Of a stretch of DNA of 64,000 nt, positions 11,544 through 28,854 are shown piece by piece (the stretch's first letter is position 1; each line of letters begins with the position of its first letter). The DNA comes from Ministeria vibrans ATCC 50519. Lineage: Eukaryota > Protista > Filasterea. A program made the translations under genes and the position numbers. The notes below the pieces were generated by a model. It saw only the letters and a list, made by a program, of their open reading frames with translations. It made no database searches and was not told the DNA's origin. The DNA lies in assembly GCA_943704425.1 (NCBI GenBank), contig CALSCP010000863.1:1800-65799 (forward strand). Reading direction: 5' to 3'.

Positions 11544-13952
11544 ATGGCATCAGATATGAGTGTCGCAGCACCCACCTATCGCGCAGCAGACATGAATTTG
11601 CCATTGTCGACCGTGGAGGCATCCAGTCACACCGTCTCTGACTTGCTCGGTGACTTTTCATACAATCAGTCGCAGATTCATGCGGACATTCGCGCCCTGT
11701 GGCAGATCCTACGCGACGAGGTACGCTGTGCTGTGCTGTGCTGCATGTGGCCTCATTTTGTGCCGCGCCCCGTTTGCTCTCTTATCGTGTCTCAATTTTT
11801 CCCGTTGTTATCATCGCTCATATCCCCAACAAAAAAAAAAAAAAAAAGTCGCTTGTTTTCTCGGAAGTTGTGCCGTTCCTGACGCTTAGTTTGCCTCTTC
11901 CTGTAGCAATCGGCGCCTTGGATCCATTGGTGCAACGAAGGTCGATCCTTCTGTCTTGTGGATGACAGCGAGTTTGTCAAAGGGCGACTGCGCTTTTTCT
12001 TCAAGGTTGATTCCACGCCTCTCGGTCGCTTTTCCCCTCTCAACATTCTTCCACTTCACCTGTAGAAAGTCACCTTTCGCTCTTTCTTGCGAAAGTTTGT
12101 CAATCTTGGCTTTACCGAGTAAGATGCATTCTGGTTTGGGCCAACCCCCGCCCCGCCGCATGCCCCTCCCTGCACGCACTGAAATCCTCTCACTCTCACG
12201 CGCACCCCGCCTGGTTCACTTGTGTCAACCCGTTGGGCCCCATGGCTAGCCATAATCTTCCCGTTCCGCTCGTGTTTTTGTTTTGGAACTCAAATCCCGT
12301 GGACCCAAATACAAAATGCATTCCGTCACGCGCCAACACACCCTGAACCGCGTCTCCCATTGGCCCAACTCCCATCTACCTGAGCCGTGCATTTTGTTCT
12401 TTTATCGTTGTGGGCGACAAGACGTCTCTGCTTCGCACGCCGTCAGCGAAGGAGACGAGTCAGTTTCATTCTTTTTTTTTTTTTCAACCGCTCGCCTCAA
12501 CCGCGAGCGAGCCCGCTCTGGGGTCTGATTTGTTTCTTTGTTGCATCGTCTACTGCCATTGCTTGATATCAATGATGTGCTCCTTTCTGTGGAAATGCGT
12601 CCAGCATCATTGGGCACGAGCGGGAAACGGGCAAATTTATCTCACTCGGTTTGTTTATTTTTTGCGTTTTTCGTAGAAGTCTAATTCTCCCGACGCCAAC
12701 AGATCCACGCGTTTGGTCTGTTCTCACGGTAAGCCAAGACCATGCAATAGTATGTGTGACTCCACTAGGCGTTCTCTCCGGCGGAATGGGTCGCCTCAGA
12801 GTAGTGGGAGTTGAACAAGTTGTGCTCAGATACAAAATTGCCATTGCGCTTTCTTTACAAGGCGCTCTTTACGAGCCTTCATTCCCTGTAATGAATGTGT
12901 TGCACATTGTCGACGCCCAGCTCGGGAGTTGGTCGTTTTTGTGCGCAAGAGCGAATTATTTCTTATGTTTGGTTTTGTGACGAATCACCAAACCAGTCGT
13001 GTTTCTGAACTGTCTGTCTACCCTACACCGTCTGTTGCTTGTTTTTGTCATTGGTTCACGTTTTGGTGTGTTGCGCGAAGAGAGTGACGGAGTGGGGAGT
13101 GACTGAGAAAAAAAAATACAAATTCGCTTCGCTTTGCTTTGTACTTCTTGTGCGCGTGTCGTTGGACGCCGCGAAGAGAATACACGCGAAGAAGTACATC
13201 ACTACCTCCCACGCTCTCTTATCGGCTCTTGTGTTGTTTGTTTTCTGTAGCACGAGTGGTTTTGTCGTGACTCTCCCGAGTTGCTCTCACACATCTCTCC
13301 CATTGGCGAAACGACGCTCTTACGCAAACGTAAACTTCTCATGAGGTGAGTCACAACGGGTTGTAGCGTTTCCTTTTTTTTCTTCTTTTGTTTCTCTTTC
13401 TCACTCCTCTCTCTTTGTCTCCTCTCTCTCTCCCTTTCTCTTTCTCTCTCTCTCCCTCTTTGTTCTTTCAATGGCTCTAGCAGCAACAGCCAAGATGAAG
13501 GGTATGGGCACGAGAAGCACGAGGGCAGCCACAGCAGCAACGACGACGACGAGCACACGCAAATGCATCAGTATCAACCACAACAACAACAACAACAGGT
13601 TTTCGCTGGCGCCGAGTATCGCTCCGTCCCCACGATGTATCGTGAGCCTGTCGCGCACACTGCTCACCACCCCTTCTCCGTCTACCCATCGCAACACACA
13701 CAGTCACAGCCACCACGGCCATCACGCCCCGGCCAAGTGCAGCACACTGCGTCAACCATTGCCCCTTCCACATCAACCGTGAGCATGGCACCAGCATCGA
13801 CTGTCGCCAGCGCCTACTCTCTCCCTCCTCCTCCCCCTGCAATGCTGGACTGGTTCCGATCCGCCCCTGCCCTTCCTTTCGACATCTCTCCTCTGCTCAA
13901 CGAGCACTGGCGTCTCATTCAGCTTCGCCAGGCGCGGCAATCCGGGCAATGA
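11544..13952 (+). CDS. Divergent HSF-type DNA-binding-domain protein, copy B (tandem paralog of copy A; 6 exons)
   Basis: Spliced: LWQILRDE|QSAPWIHWCNEGRSFCLVDDSEFVKGRLRFFFK|KVTFRSFLRKFVNLGFTE|SLILPTPTDPRVWSVLT|HEWFCRDSPELLSHISPIG...RKRKLLMR|, then a Q/P-rich tail. Intron positions and phases match copy A. Confidence 0.78.
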
Positions 13953-14121
13953 GGAAACCAAACCAAAAGCTGTACAATAAAATATATTATTTTTCTCATT
14001 CATTCAACAAACACAAAAGTGTTCCGCGTCAGACTGAAAAATATATTCAATGATAATTTTATAGACATTAATTATTTTCATAGGACATAGTTCACTCTTC
14101 TCCGTTGAATTGTTTATTGTT

Positions 14122-19850
<5,729 letters not shown>

Positions 19851-20104
19851 ACAAATTATAATGAATACAATATGCAAGCAAATAACTATTAAGTAGACAC
19901 TTTGTCCATTGTAGGCGACTAAACCCAACGCGTAGGTAGACACTTTGTCAATAGGCGACTAAACCTAACGTGTAGCGGGGGTTTTAATATTGTGCTGTCC
20001 ATAGTCTTGTTTCACACACATACACACACACACACACACAAGTTTTGACATTGAGTTCAGCTCTCGATTGAGTCCATTCTTTCATCTTTTATTATTATTG
20101 TTCT

Positions 20105-21589
20105 ATGGAGATGCGCACCACGCTGGCACTTGTTGCTCTGGGCATCATTGCAGCGTGTACATGGGGCGTGGACGCGCGCACGGTGTCGTACGACTCGCGA
20201 TCGATGCTTTTCGATGGCCAACGACAGCTTCTTCTGTCGGGCAGCCTGCACTACGAGCGCATTGATCCAAGTACGCTGATGTGCTGCTGAGTGAGTGTCG
20301 AGCTGCTCGTGCTCTCCCCCGCCCCTTGTCGTGGCCGCTTCTCTTTTGCGGTTTTCTTTCTCGAGATTCAACTCACTCTCGATTGATTTTTGCATGATTA
20401 TTGACAGATGACTACGATCGCGTCCTATCGTACGCCGTGGCCCTTGGCCTGAACACGATTGAGACGTATGTCTTCTGGGACGTGCACATGCCCTCGCAGG
20501 AGAACGCTACCTTCTCAGGATTCACTCTGGGCGGCGGGGGAGGCTGGGCCGACCTGAGCGACTTTGTGCGTCGCGTTGCAGCGCACAAACTGAATCTTGT
20601 GGTGCGCATTGGGCCGTACGTCTGCGCAGAGGTACCCACCCACCATTTTGCACCACCCACAACACCACGCGTGTGTGTGAATGAGCCTCGCGTAGCATTA
20701 CTATGGCGGAATTCCGCTGTGGATGCGCCACAGCGGCGCCCAGTGCTACCGCTGCGCCGATCCCGTGTTCGAGCGCGAAATGGAACGCTTCGTGACGCTC
20801 GTCGTCAACGAGATTCGTCCCCAGCTTGCCTCCAACGGAGGCCCTGTCATCATGCTTCAGATTGAGGTACGAGCGCAGGAAAGACACACCCAAAACAAAA
20901 ACAAACACTGTCAAATCTTAGAACGAATTCAATGGCGATCAAAAATACCTTACTTGGGCAGTACACATGGCGCGCAATCTGACAACGGACGTTCCTTGGA
21001 ACCTTTGTCATGACGTATAACCAGAAAAAGCTCATGAAGAATAACTTATAATTTGTGCGTTCAGGTGAAGCTCTGTGGTGCAATCAACAATGGCCAACAA
21101 CTCGCCCTGTGCACAATCAACGGGTACCGACTTTACACTGCCTCAACTCGTCACACTCAATTATCGTATTTTAATACTATGCAGTTTCTGGGAGGAGCGA
21201 CGCGACTTCCAGAACCAGCCTTCGCCAGGATGGATTGAGAAGCAGCGCTCACTCAACCCCGAACAGCCCCTCTACTGGACCGAAGACCAAGGCTGGTTCG
21301 ACCAATGGTACGCTTAGTCTACTCACTTAAGTGAGACGTGTACTATTTAACTCCCACACACACACACACACACAAACGCACCTCATTTAGGGGTCTTGCG
21401 ATGCGCGTGCGCGATCCCACCGACACTATTTTCGGCGTCGCTCGTTGGATTTCGCGCGGTGGCAGTGCTCACAACTTCTACATGCTCTCCGGTGGCTCCA
21501 ACTTTGGTCGGTCAGCCGGTGGTGAGGTCATCACAGCCTACGCTCCCGTACACTCTAAGCACACTAAGGACGTTCACACACACACACAC

Positions 21590-21647
<58 letters not shown>

Positions 21648-21752
21648 CGTTCTTTCACTTTCTCTCTTTCTCTCTCTCTCTCTCTCAATTTTTTTCTGTT
21701 CAGGACACTGTGATTGACTATCTGCTTCTCCCACACCAACCCAACTTTGACT
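20105..21752 (+). CDS. Secreted GH35 beta-galactosidase, 5' half (signal peptide plus TIM barrel); ends at an assembly gap
   Basis: VSYDSRSMLFDGQRQLLLSGSLHYER, GLNTIETYVFW, RIGPYVCAE, GGPVIMLQIE|NE (acid/base Glu), YWTEDQGWFDQW (nucleophile Glu), NFYMLSGGSNFGRSAG. Confidence 0.9.
21641..21752 (+). repeat. 112-nt direct duplication (other copy at 25971-26082); each copy follows a (CT)n tract
   Basis: tcctcttcgttctttcac...caggacactgtgattgactatc...ccaactttgact is identical at both sites (offset 4330). The left copy ends at the N gap 21753-21760. Confidence 0.95.
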
Positions 21753-21839
21753 NNNNNNNNACCAAGCGACAGAGAATAAGACGTGATAGAAAATAAATTC
21801 AACAAAGATAGAAAACAAAGAAATAGAAAGAGAAGACGT

Positions 21840-22373
21840 TTAAGAGGTCATCTTAGCCTGCGTCGTGGCCAAGCGGCAAGGCTAGTTGTGCCTCACCGTG
21901 TTCATGCGCTCTTGAAGTTCGCTGGGAGACACAGCCGCCGCGCACTCTACCAAACACACACCATGTCATTCACAGGACGCCGCCACAACACGCCTCGTGC
22001 CCTCTCTCTCTCTCTCTCTCTTACCCATATCGCTCGACTCGTCGTAGGCAAACGGCGTTTTGGGCTCCTCAATCTGTGCGACAAAACCCTCATTGAAAAC
22101 CCGTCTTTGTCCTTCAGACGTTCCTCAAACCTTCATTGTGCCGTATTCCTTGCCGGCCATTGCCTCATGTTCAAGGATATTCATCTCGTCCCAAGCCACC
22201 TCGCCATTCATCGTCTTTGCGGCGCACCTGGCACGACAAGAACACGACACGTTCGCGATGCGTCCGTCAACCCCACACCCAACAACGTACGGCGAAATTT
22301 CTTCCTTGTTCTTCAATATGCCCTTTGTTGGCACAGTACTCAATGGCGGGGGTGCGTAGCTAGCTTCGTTCAT
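21840..22373 (-). CDS. PPP1R2: Protein phosphatase 1 inhibitor-2-like, short; 3' end uncertain
   Basis: KGILK (SILK motif) and VAWDEMNILEH...KEYGTMK|IEEPKTPF match I-2 KWDEMNILAT...DYGLMKIDEPSTPY. Confidence 0.8.
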
Positions 22374-22514
22374 TTTCTTCTCAAATTTTTATGATTAATT
22401 TTAAAATATACTACTTATTGTTCTTTTTTCGATCAAAATTGGAGTTCACTCCACTGCACTGATCAGTGATCACTCATTCGCCCATTCTTATCTTTGCAAG
22501 GTCCCTTCTTTAGC

Positions 22515-24087
22515 ATGTCACGAAAGCGATCACGCGTGGCGGGAGATGAAAATGTCGTTGTCGACGCTGCAATCGCCAAAGGCGGCGCCAGTGCCGTACG
22601 TCCAAACACTGTCCAAACTTTCTCTCTCAATCGCTTACCCCCACGCCCCCACCGGCTCCTTTCTGCCTTTGTTGTAGCTGCACCTCTCCTCACTCGATCG
22701 TCTTTTGTCCCCTGCGACCCGTGAGCTGGCCGAGTTTGCCTTCACCTCGTTGGATGAGAATGGCGATGGAACTCTGACCGTCGACGACTTCCTGCTTCGC
22801 GCTCGCATCACACAGGAGGCGGGAGCAGGCGATGCGAGTGCCACGGAACAGGTGCTCTGGTTGCGTATCGTGGCGCTGTTCGACTCGTACGATCACGACC
22901 AGCAGATTTCACCGGGCGAGTTTCTCGCAGGACTCCTTATCATCGCTCTCTCGCGCCCTCTACCGCCAGCCACCCTCATTGCCTGCCAGGATTTCTCCAG
23001 TGTCCTTGCACTCCTCTCGCACGAAGTTAACTTGGCGGCGTTTGAGACGATCGTCTCGCTGCTTGTCGAGGCGCGCTTGCCCCTCACAGACGACAAAATC
23101 GCCGAGTTTCAACGTGTCCGCAACACCGAGGGCCGTGCCACACCAGCCACTCTTTGTCGCTCCCTCTTTCTCGTAAGCATGCCACGCACCTGTGTTGTCC
23201 TCGCCAACTGTTTGCCTTTCTCTCTCCCAGTGGCTCTCCGCGCGCGAGACCAAGACCATCGAGCGAACCTATCGTACTCTGGACGCGAGTATGTCTGTCG
23301 CGTTGTGTGTTGTAAAGTTGCTGACTTGACATTTACATGGTTACGTAGATGGCGACGGTGTTGTGACATGCGTTGACTTTCAACAGAATCAGCAAATCTT
23401 TTGGCAGAAGATGGTGTCCTTTTTTGACAACTTTGACCAGAATCAGGTACACCTGCGTCTCTGTCATACGCTCGTCTGATTACCTCACGTTTGCACAGGT
23501 GATTACCCTGGATGAGTTTGAGCAAGGACTGCTGTCACTGGTGCTGGCGGGCGGGCCGCCTGCGCTGGACCGGGTGCCGGCGACGCTCTGCGATCTGTGT
23601 GGGCTGTGTATGCAGCATGTGCAGGAGCGCGTCACTGCCGAGGCCGACTTGGTTCTCATTGAGTCGGGCCAGCTTGCTGCAATGGACCTCGACATGATTC
23701 TCATCGGTCTGCAAATGCTTGACCCGTCCACTAACGCGTACATTCACAGTGCGTATGCCGCACTCGACGCTAACGGCGACAATGTGCTCTCCCGCGAGGA
23801 CTTCACCTCCTTCTCCGGTGGTCGTCTTTTCCAAAAGATGATTGCCATCTTTGACTCGGGTGCTGGCGCAACACCCGACGGGTAAGATGCTCTCTTTCAC
23901 TCTCTCTCTCTCTCTCTATCACTTTGTTTCCTTCTCCCTCCATTCTCTCTCTCTCTATCACTTTGTTTCTATATAATTATATATATATAATTATATATAT
24001 CAGTTGTATCTTTCTCTTCTCTACACTTTGTATTTTTCTCACAATATGTCTGCACTTTGCCTTGTCTTATTTTCATTCATTCACCCC

Positions 24088-24186
<99 letters not shown>

Positions 24187-24377
24187 TCTGCATTAGACGC
24201 ATTACGTATGACGAGTTTCGAGCGGGCTTTGTCGGCCTGGCACTGCGCGACGATGCCGAGTCTGTCGGAGAACACCGCACTGTGGGTGGGTCACTTGCGC
24301 TCATTCGCACTCGAATCAACACCATTGTCATGAAGCAAATCGAGGAGCTTCTGCGCGAGGCCGGAAAATTGTCATGA
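22515..24377 (+). CDS. EF-hand protein made of three tandem paired-EF-hand repeats
   Basis: Repeat 1 AFTSLDENGDGTLTVDDF...FDSYDHDQQISPGEF; repeat 2 YRTLDA|NGDGVVTCVDF...FDNFDQNQ|VITLDEF; repeat 3 YAALDANGDNVLSREDF...FDSGAGATPDG|RITYDEF. Confidence 0.8.
24095..24184. repeat. (CT)n microsatellite in the last intron of the EF-hand gene
   Basis: Directly visible. Confidence 0.95.
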
Positions 24378-24559
24378 GTAAAGAAAGCACATCATATATA
24401 TGCGAACGCGGAAAGCATTCACCTCATCACCTGCTACACCACTCGACGCGCAACAAGGACTTTGTTGAGTTCAAGAAATACGCCGCCGCCGTGGGCAATA
24501 TGCAATTGATCATTGACTTGAACGTCTAACTAAAAAATTTAAAATAATTTACCATCATA

Positions 24560-25407
24560 ATGACTGATCGTAGCCGTAGACTAGATGATGACGACGACTG
24601 GCGACGACGGGTGCTCGAACGTACCCAAGAAAGAGACGTCATGGTCAAGCTGATTCACGTCGAAGGACTCGCCAACACTCACGAGACCCTTGTACGCCTT
24701 TTGATGTCCCCTCGCTTCGTTTCTTTCGCTTCTTGCCCCTCTCTTCTTCCCCGACCCTGCCCACTCCTCCCGTGTTCTCCTCACGCTGAAGTTGTTTTGT
24801 GGCGATTCTTTCCTCGTTCTTGTGCCACAGATCAAAGAGGTTGTCGTCAACGTACTCGGCACGAAACCCTACGCCGATGTGTACAGCGACGCCATCAACG
24901 CCGCCTCTCGTCTTCGCGAGCTTGGCATTGCCGAAAGGTACGTGTAGGCTCAGCAGCGACACCTCGAGTTGGCCTTCCCTGGCTCTCTACGCATGCGTTG
25001 CAATTGCAATGCGATCGTCCCTCACCCATCCCCACTCACTCTCGTAGTGTGAATGTCCACTTTAAGGTTCCCGACGTGGGCACAAGCGGAAAATACCCGG
25101 AAGTAGAGGTATGTGCATTGGCTATCTGTGGGACGGGGGCGTCGCAACTCACGCTTGCGCCTCGTAGGTGCGACTGGTCGTGCAAGAGGCAAAACGGTTT
25201 CAGGGGAGCACTGGCGGCGACGTTGGACGCAACGAAATGGGTGCCAAGGCTCAACTGCGAGTCTTCAATGTGCTAGGACGTGGCGAAGCGTTTGAATTCA
25301 AATCGCGCAAGACGACCCGTGCCACTTCAGCTTTTGATGCACAATTCAGGTACACAACCCTAATGTTTCTTCTGATGATCCCATCACACACACACACACA
25401 CACACAC

Positions 25408-25439
<32 letters not shown>

Positions 25440-25843
25440 ACACACACACACACACACACACATACACACACACACTCACCTACAAAGACACACACGTACA
25501 CAAGCACACACTCTCTGTCACTTTGTTTTTTCTCCCTCTTTTTTCTCCCTCCTTTCTCTGTTTCTTATATGTTTTATTTTTTCCTCTTTTTTTCCCCTGT
25601 AGTATTCCTGTGGATGCGCACCCAGGCAAGCGCATGGCTGTATCAGTGGAGCAGACGACAGAGAACCTGCAGCGCTGCTCGCAGCACGACCGCACCGCAC
25701 GCACTGCTGCGCTGCGCTACACCTTCCCCGCCGCACATAGAGGCGTTCACAGTGTCAGTCTGGCAGCCGCCTGGCGGGAAATCACAAATATCCCGACCAC
25801 AGCTGCGTTTCGCATCCGCCACGAAGCCGGCCATTCACTCAAG
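24560..25843 (+). CDS. SAMM50: Sam50/Omp85-family mitochondrial outer-membrane assembly factor, 5' half only (POTRA domain plus first beta-strands)
   Basis: DVMVKLIHVEGLANTH, RLRELGI, NVLGRGE and WREITNIPTTAAFRIRHEAGHSLK match SAMM50 ([53 protein letters not shown]). The C-terminal barrel is not in the window. Confidence 0.88.
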
Positions 25844-25893
25844 GTATTTTTTCTACTTCACATCACATTATCTTTTCTTTCGTCCCTCTGATA

Positions 25894-25977
<84 letters not shown>

Positions 25978-26033
25978 CGTTCTTTCACTTTCTCTCTTTC
26001 TCTCTCTCTCTCTCTCAATTTTTTTCTGTTCAG

Positions 26034-27869
26034 GACACTGTGATTGACTATCTGCTTCTCCCACACCAACCCAACTTTGACTTCTTTCGGCGTTTCTTCC
26101 ATGTGCTTCAGCAGGTTGCGCCCGCTCTGCTTGCCTCCAAGTCCATCCCTTCTCCCTCCCCTCTGCCCAACAAGCCCGTCTCCAACGAGGGTACTGTGGT
26201 GCTCAGTGCCTCGTCTCCCTCTCGCTTTGTCTTTGAATCCCCATCGATGCTGCTCCGCGACTCTCACTCTGGCTGCTGCGTTGCTCTGCCTGCCAGTGAC
26301 ACCGCTCAGTCTCCTGTGCGCTGTCTCCCCTGCGACGCGTCCTCGCCCGCCCAGCAGTGGCGCTACAATGACACGTCGCAACACGTCGAGACTGTTCACA
26401 CCTTCTTTTCATGTCTCAAACCAGACTCCCCTAAGCACGCGCAGTGCCGTCGCTGTCTCGACGTCTCCACCGACGCCCTCATTGTGTTTGACTGCAAGTC
26501 TCCTTCAGACCCGATGCTAGAAAACCAGCGCTTTCATGTCGACGCGTCCACAATCTGCTCAATCAAGTACACCAATCAGTGTCTCGCCACGGCACCCCCT
26601 ACGCCCACAAACCTTACCGAAGCCGTTGAGTACAACGGTCAGGTGGCATTTCTCGTCAATTACGACGTGCACATGTCCATTGTGGCCTCTTACCGCAACA
26701 CCGAGTACCCCATGCGATACCATTCGCTGCTCATCGTCGACGTAGCGACGGGCGTAGTGCTGTTTAACACCAGTGACATGAGCACCTCAGCTGCACGCGA
26801 GCACACTAGTACCGCTGCTCGCGCGTCCCCCGACGCATGGGAGCACTTTGAAGAGGATATTGTCGCGTGCGGATCAAAGTCGGTTGTGTCGGAGAATGGC
26901 CCTCAGGAGCAACTGACCCTCACCGACAATCTGTCCGACTACCTCATGTACTCGACGAACGTAACGGACGCCGAACTTGGCTCTGCTCCGCATGTAACTG
27001 TGCCTGGTGCATACACTGGTCAGATGCTCTATGTATTTATCGACGGTGCGTTTGTGGGCAACCTCTCGACGATGAGTGCCGTGCACTATGGCGCACAGGG
27101 AGTCGCATGGCGACACTCAAGCAGCGCGTCCGCCGCGACGCACACGCTGGGTGTGTACGTCGCCGCCATGGGCGTGAAGAACACAGGGGTTGCACCGACT
27201 CAGGGCAAAGGCATTAGCGGACAGGTGTTGCTCAATGGTAAGAACATTGCCGAGGACCGCGCCTGGCGCATGGCGTGGTTCAACCGGGGCGAAACACAGA
27301 AGATTTACACGAGTGCCGGCACGACCACCGTTGCCTGGCAACCGGCCTCGGCCGTTCCTCGTGCGCGCCCCCTTACCTGGTATCGTGCTCGTCTTGACCG
27401 TCCCGTTCACAAGGACACCCCAGACCTTGCCTATGCTCTCTCCATCACCCGCATGTTCAAGGGTACCGCATATGTCAATGGCTTCAACATTGGTCGCTAC
27501 TTCCAGACCCCGTGTAAGACCTCATACACGCAATTCATGAGCTATCCTCACTCTGCTTTGGGGGGTGTTTTTTTTTCTCTCTCGCTTTGTTTTTTTCTCC
27601 TCTCTCTCTATCACTTTCTCTCTCTCTATCACTTTGTTTCTCTCTCTATCACTTACTTTCTTTCTCTATCACTTTCTCTTTCTATCACTTTGTTTTCTCT
27701 CTCTCACTTTGTTTTCTCTCTCTCACTTTGTTTCTCTCTCTCACTTTGTTTCTCTCTCTCACTTTGTTTCTCTCTCTCACTTTGTTTCTCTCTCTCACTT
27801 TGTTTCTCTGTCTCACTTTGTTTCTCTCTCTCACTTTGTTTCTCTCTCTCACTTTGTTTCTCTCTCTCA

Positions 27870-27907
<38 letters not shown>

Positions 27908-28007
27908 TTCTCTCTCTNNNNNNNNNNNNNNNNNNNNNNNNNNNNNNNNNNNNNNNNNNNNNNNNNNNNNNNNNNNNNNNNNNNNNNNNNNNNNNNNNNN
28001 NNNNNNN

Positions 28008-28100
<93 letters not shown>

Positions 28101-28514
28101 GCAACGTGTTCGGGCGGACCCAACGGCTGTGCCATGACCAAACCAGGTCTGCAGGGCCCCGTGTGCAAGCTGTTTTGGCGCAAGGACTCGTGTGGTGTTC
28201 CCGTGCAGCATCTCTACCATATTCCGTCATCAATGAGTACGACGTCACACTCAAGTTGTATAGTCACTAATTTGTTATTATTTCAAGTCTCTACTCCTTT
28301 CTTTTTTTCTTTTCCCTATCTCACTTGTTTCTTTTTTCTCATAACTCTCACCTTGCTGTTTTTCTTTTCTCCTTTTTTTTTCTTTTGGGTTTCTCTTCTC
28401 TCTACAGTCTATGATAAGGACAATCTGGTAGTTTTATTTGAAGAGTCGGGGGAACAAGTGGTGGCCTCTGGTGTGACCCTGGTCGCACTCACAGCACATC
28501 CCACTCTCGATTAA
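26034..28514 (+). CDS. GH35 beta-galactosidase, 3' half (ricin-B-like insert plus beta-sandwich/galactose-binding domains)
   Basis: DTVIDYLLLPHQP continues the 5' half after AYAP| (phase 0). EQLTLTDNLSDYLMYST, PLTWYR, MFKGTAYVNGFNIGRYF, CGVPVQHLYHIP and NLVVLFEE match plant/protist-type GH35 C-termini. Confidence 0.88.
27700..28099. repeat. 18-nt minisatellite (ctcactttgtttctctct)n grading into (CT)n, with an N gap at 27918-28007
   Basis: About nine consecutive units visible within a GH35 intron. Confidence 0.9.
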
Positions 28515-28679
28515 CCCTTGTTTTGTACCGAAATATACTGAAACCTCAAACTTTTTTTTTCACTTTACCACTCATTCACATTCAAAAAGGTTCAACTCTC
28601 GTCCTATTTCTCTATTCCTCCCACTTTATTATTTCTCCCCCCTCCTCTCTCTCACTCTATCACTATCACTTTGTTTCTT

Positions 28680-28775
<96 letters not shown>

Positions 28776-28854
28776 CTCTCTCAAACTCTCTCTCTCTCAA
28801 ACTCTCTCTCTCTCAAACTCTCTCCTCTCCTCTCCTCTCCTCTCCTCTCCCCCT

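Noticed and set aside
12570-12612. caatgatg...catcattg hairpin in an HSF-B intron (possible snoRNA or miRNA)
   Set aside because: Only an 8-bp stem, no complete C/D boxes, too short to support.
27700-27917. Regular 18-nt repeat array, superficially CRISPR-like
   Set aside because: No unique spacers, intronic, eukaryotic context, no cas genes. It is a minisatellite.
24560-28514. Novel SAM50-beta-galactosidase fusion / 981-aa ORF 25569..28514
   Set aside because: The ORF reads through stop-free CT-rich introns, and the join lies in a (CT)n tract duplicated next to a gap. Misassembly is the best explanation.
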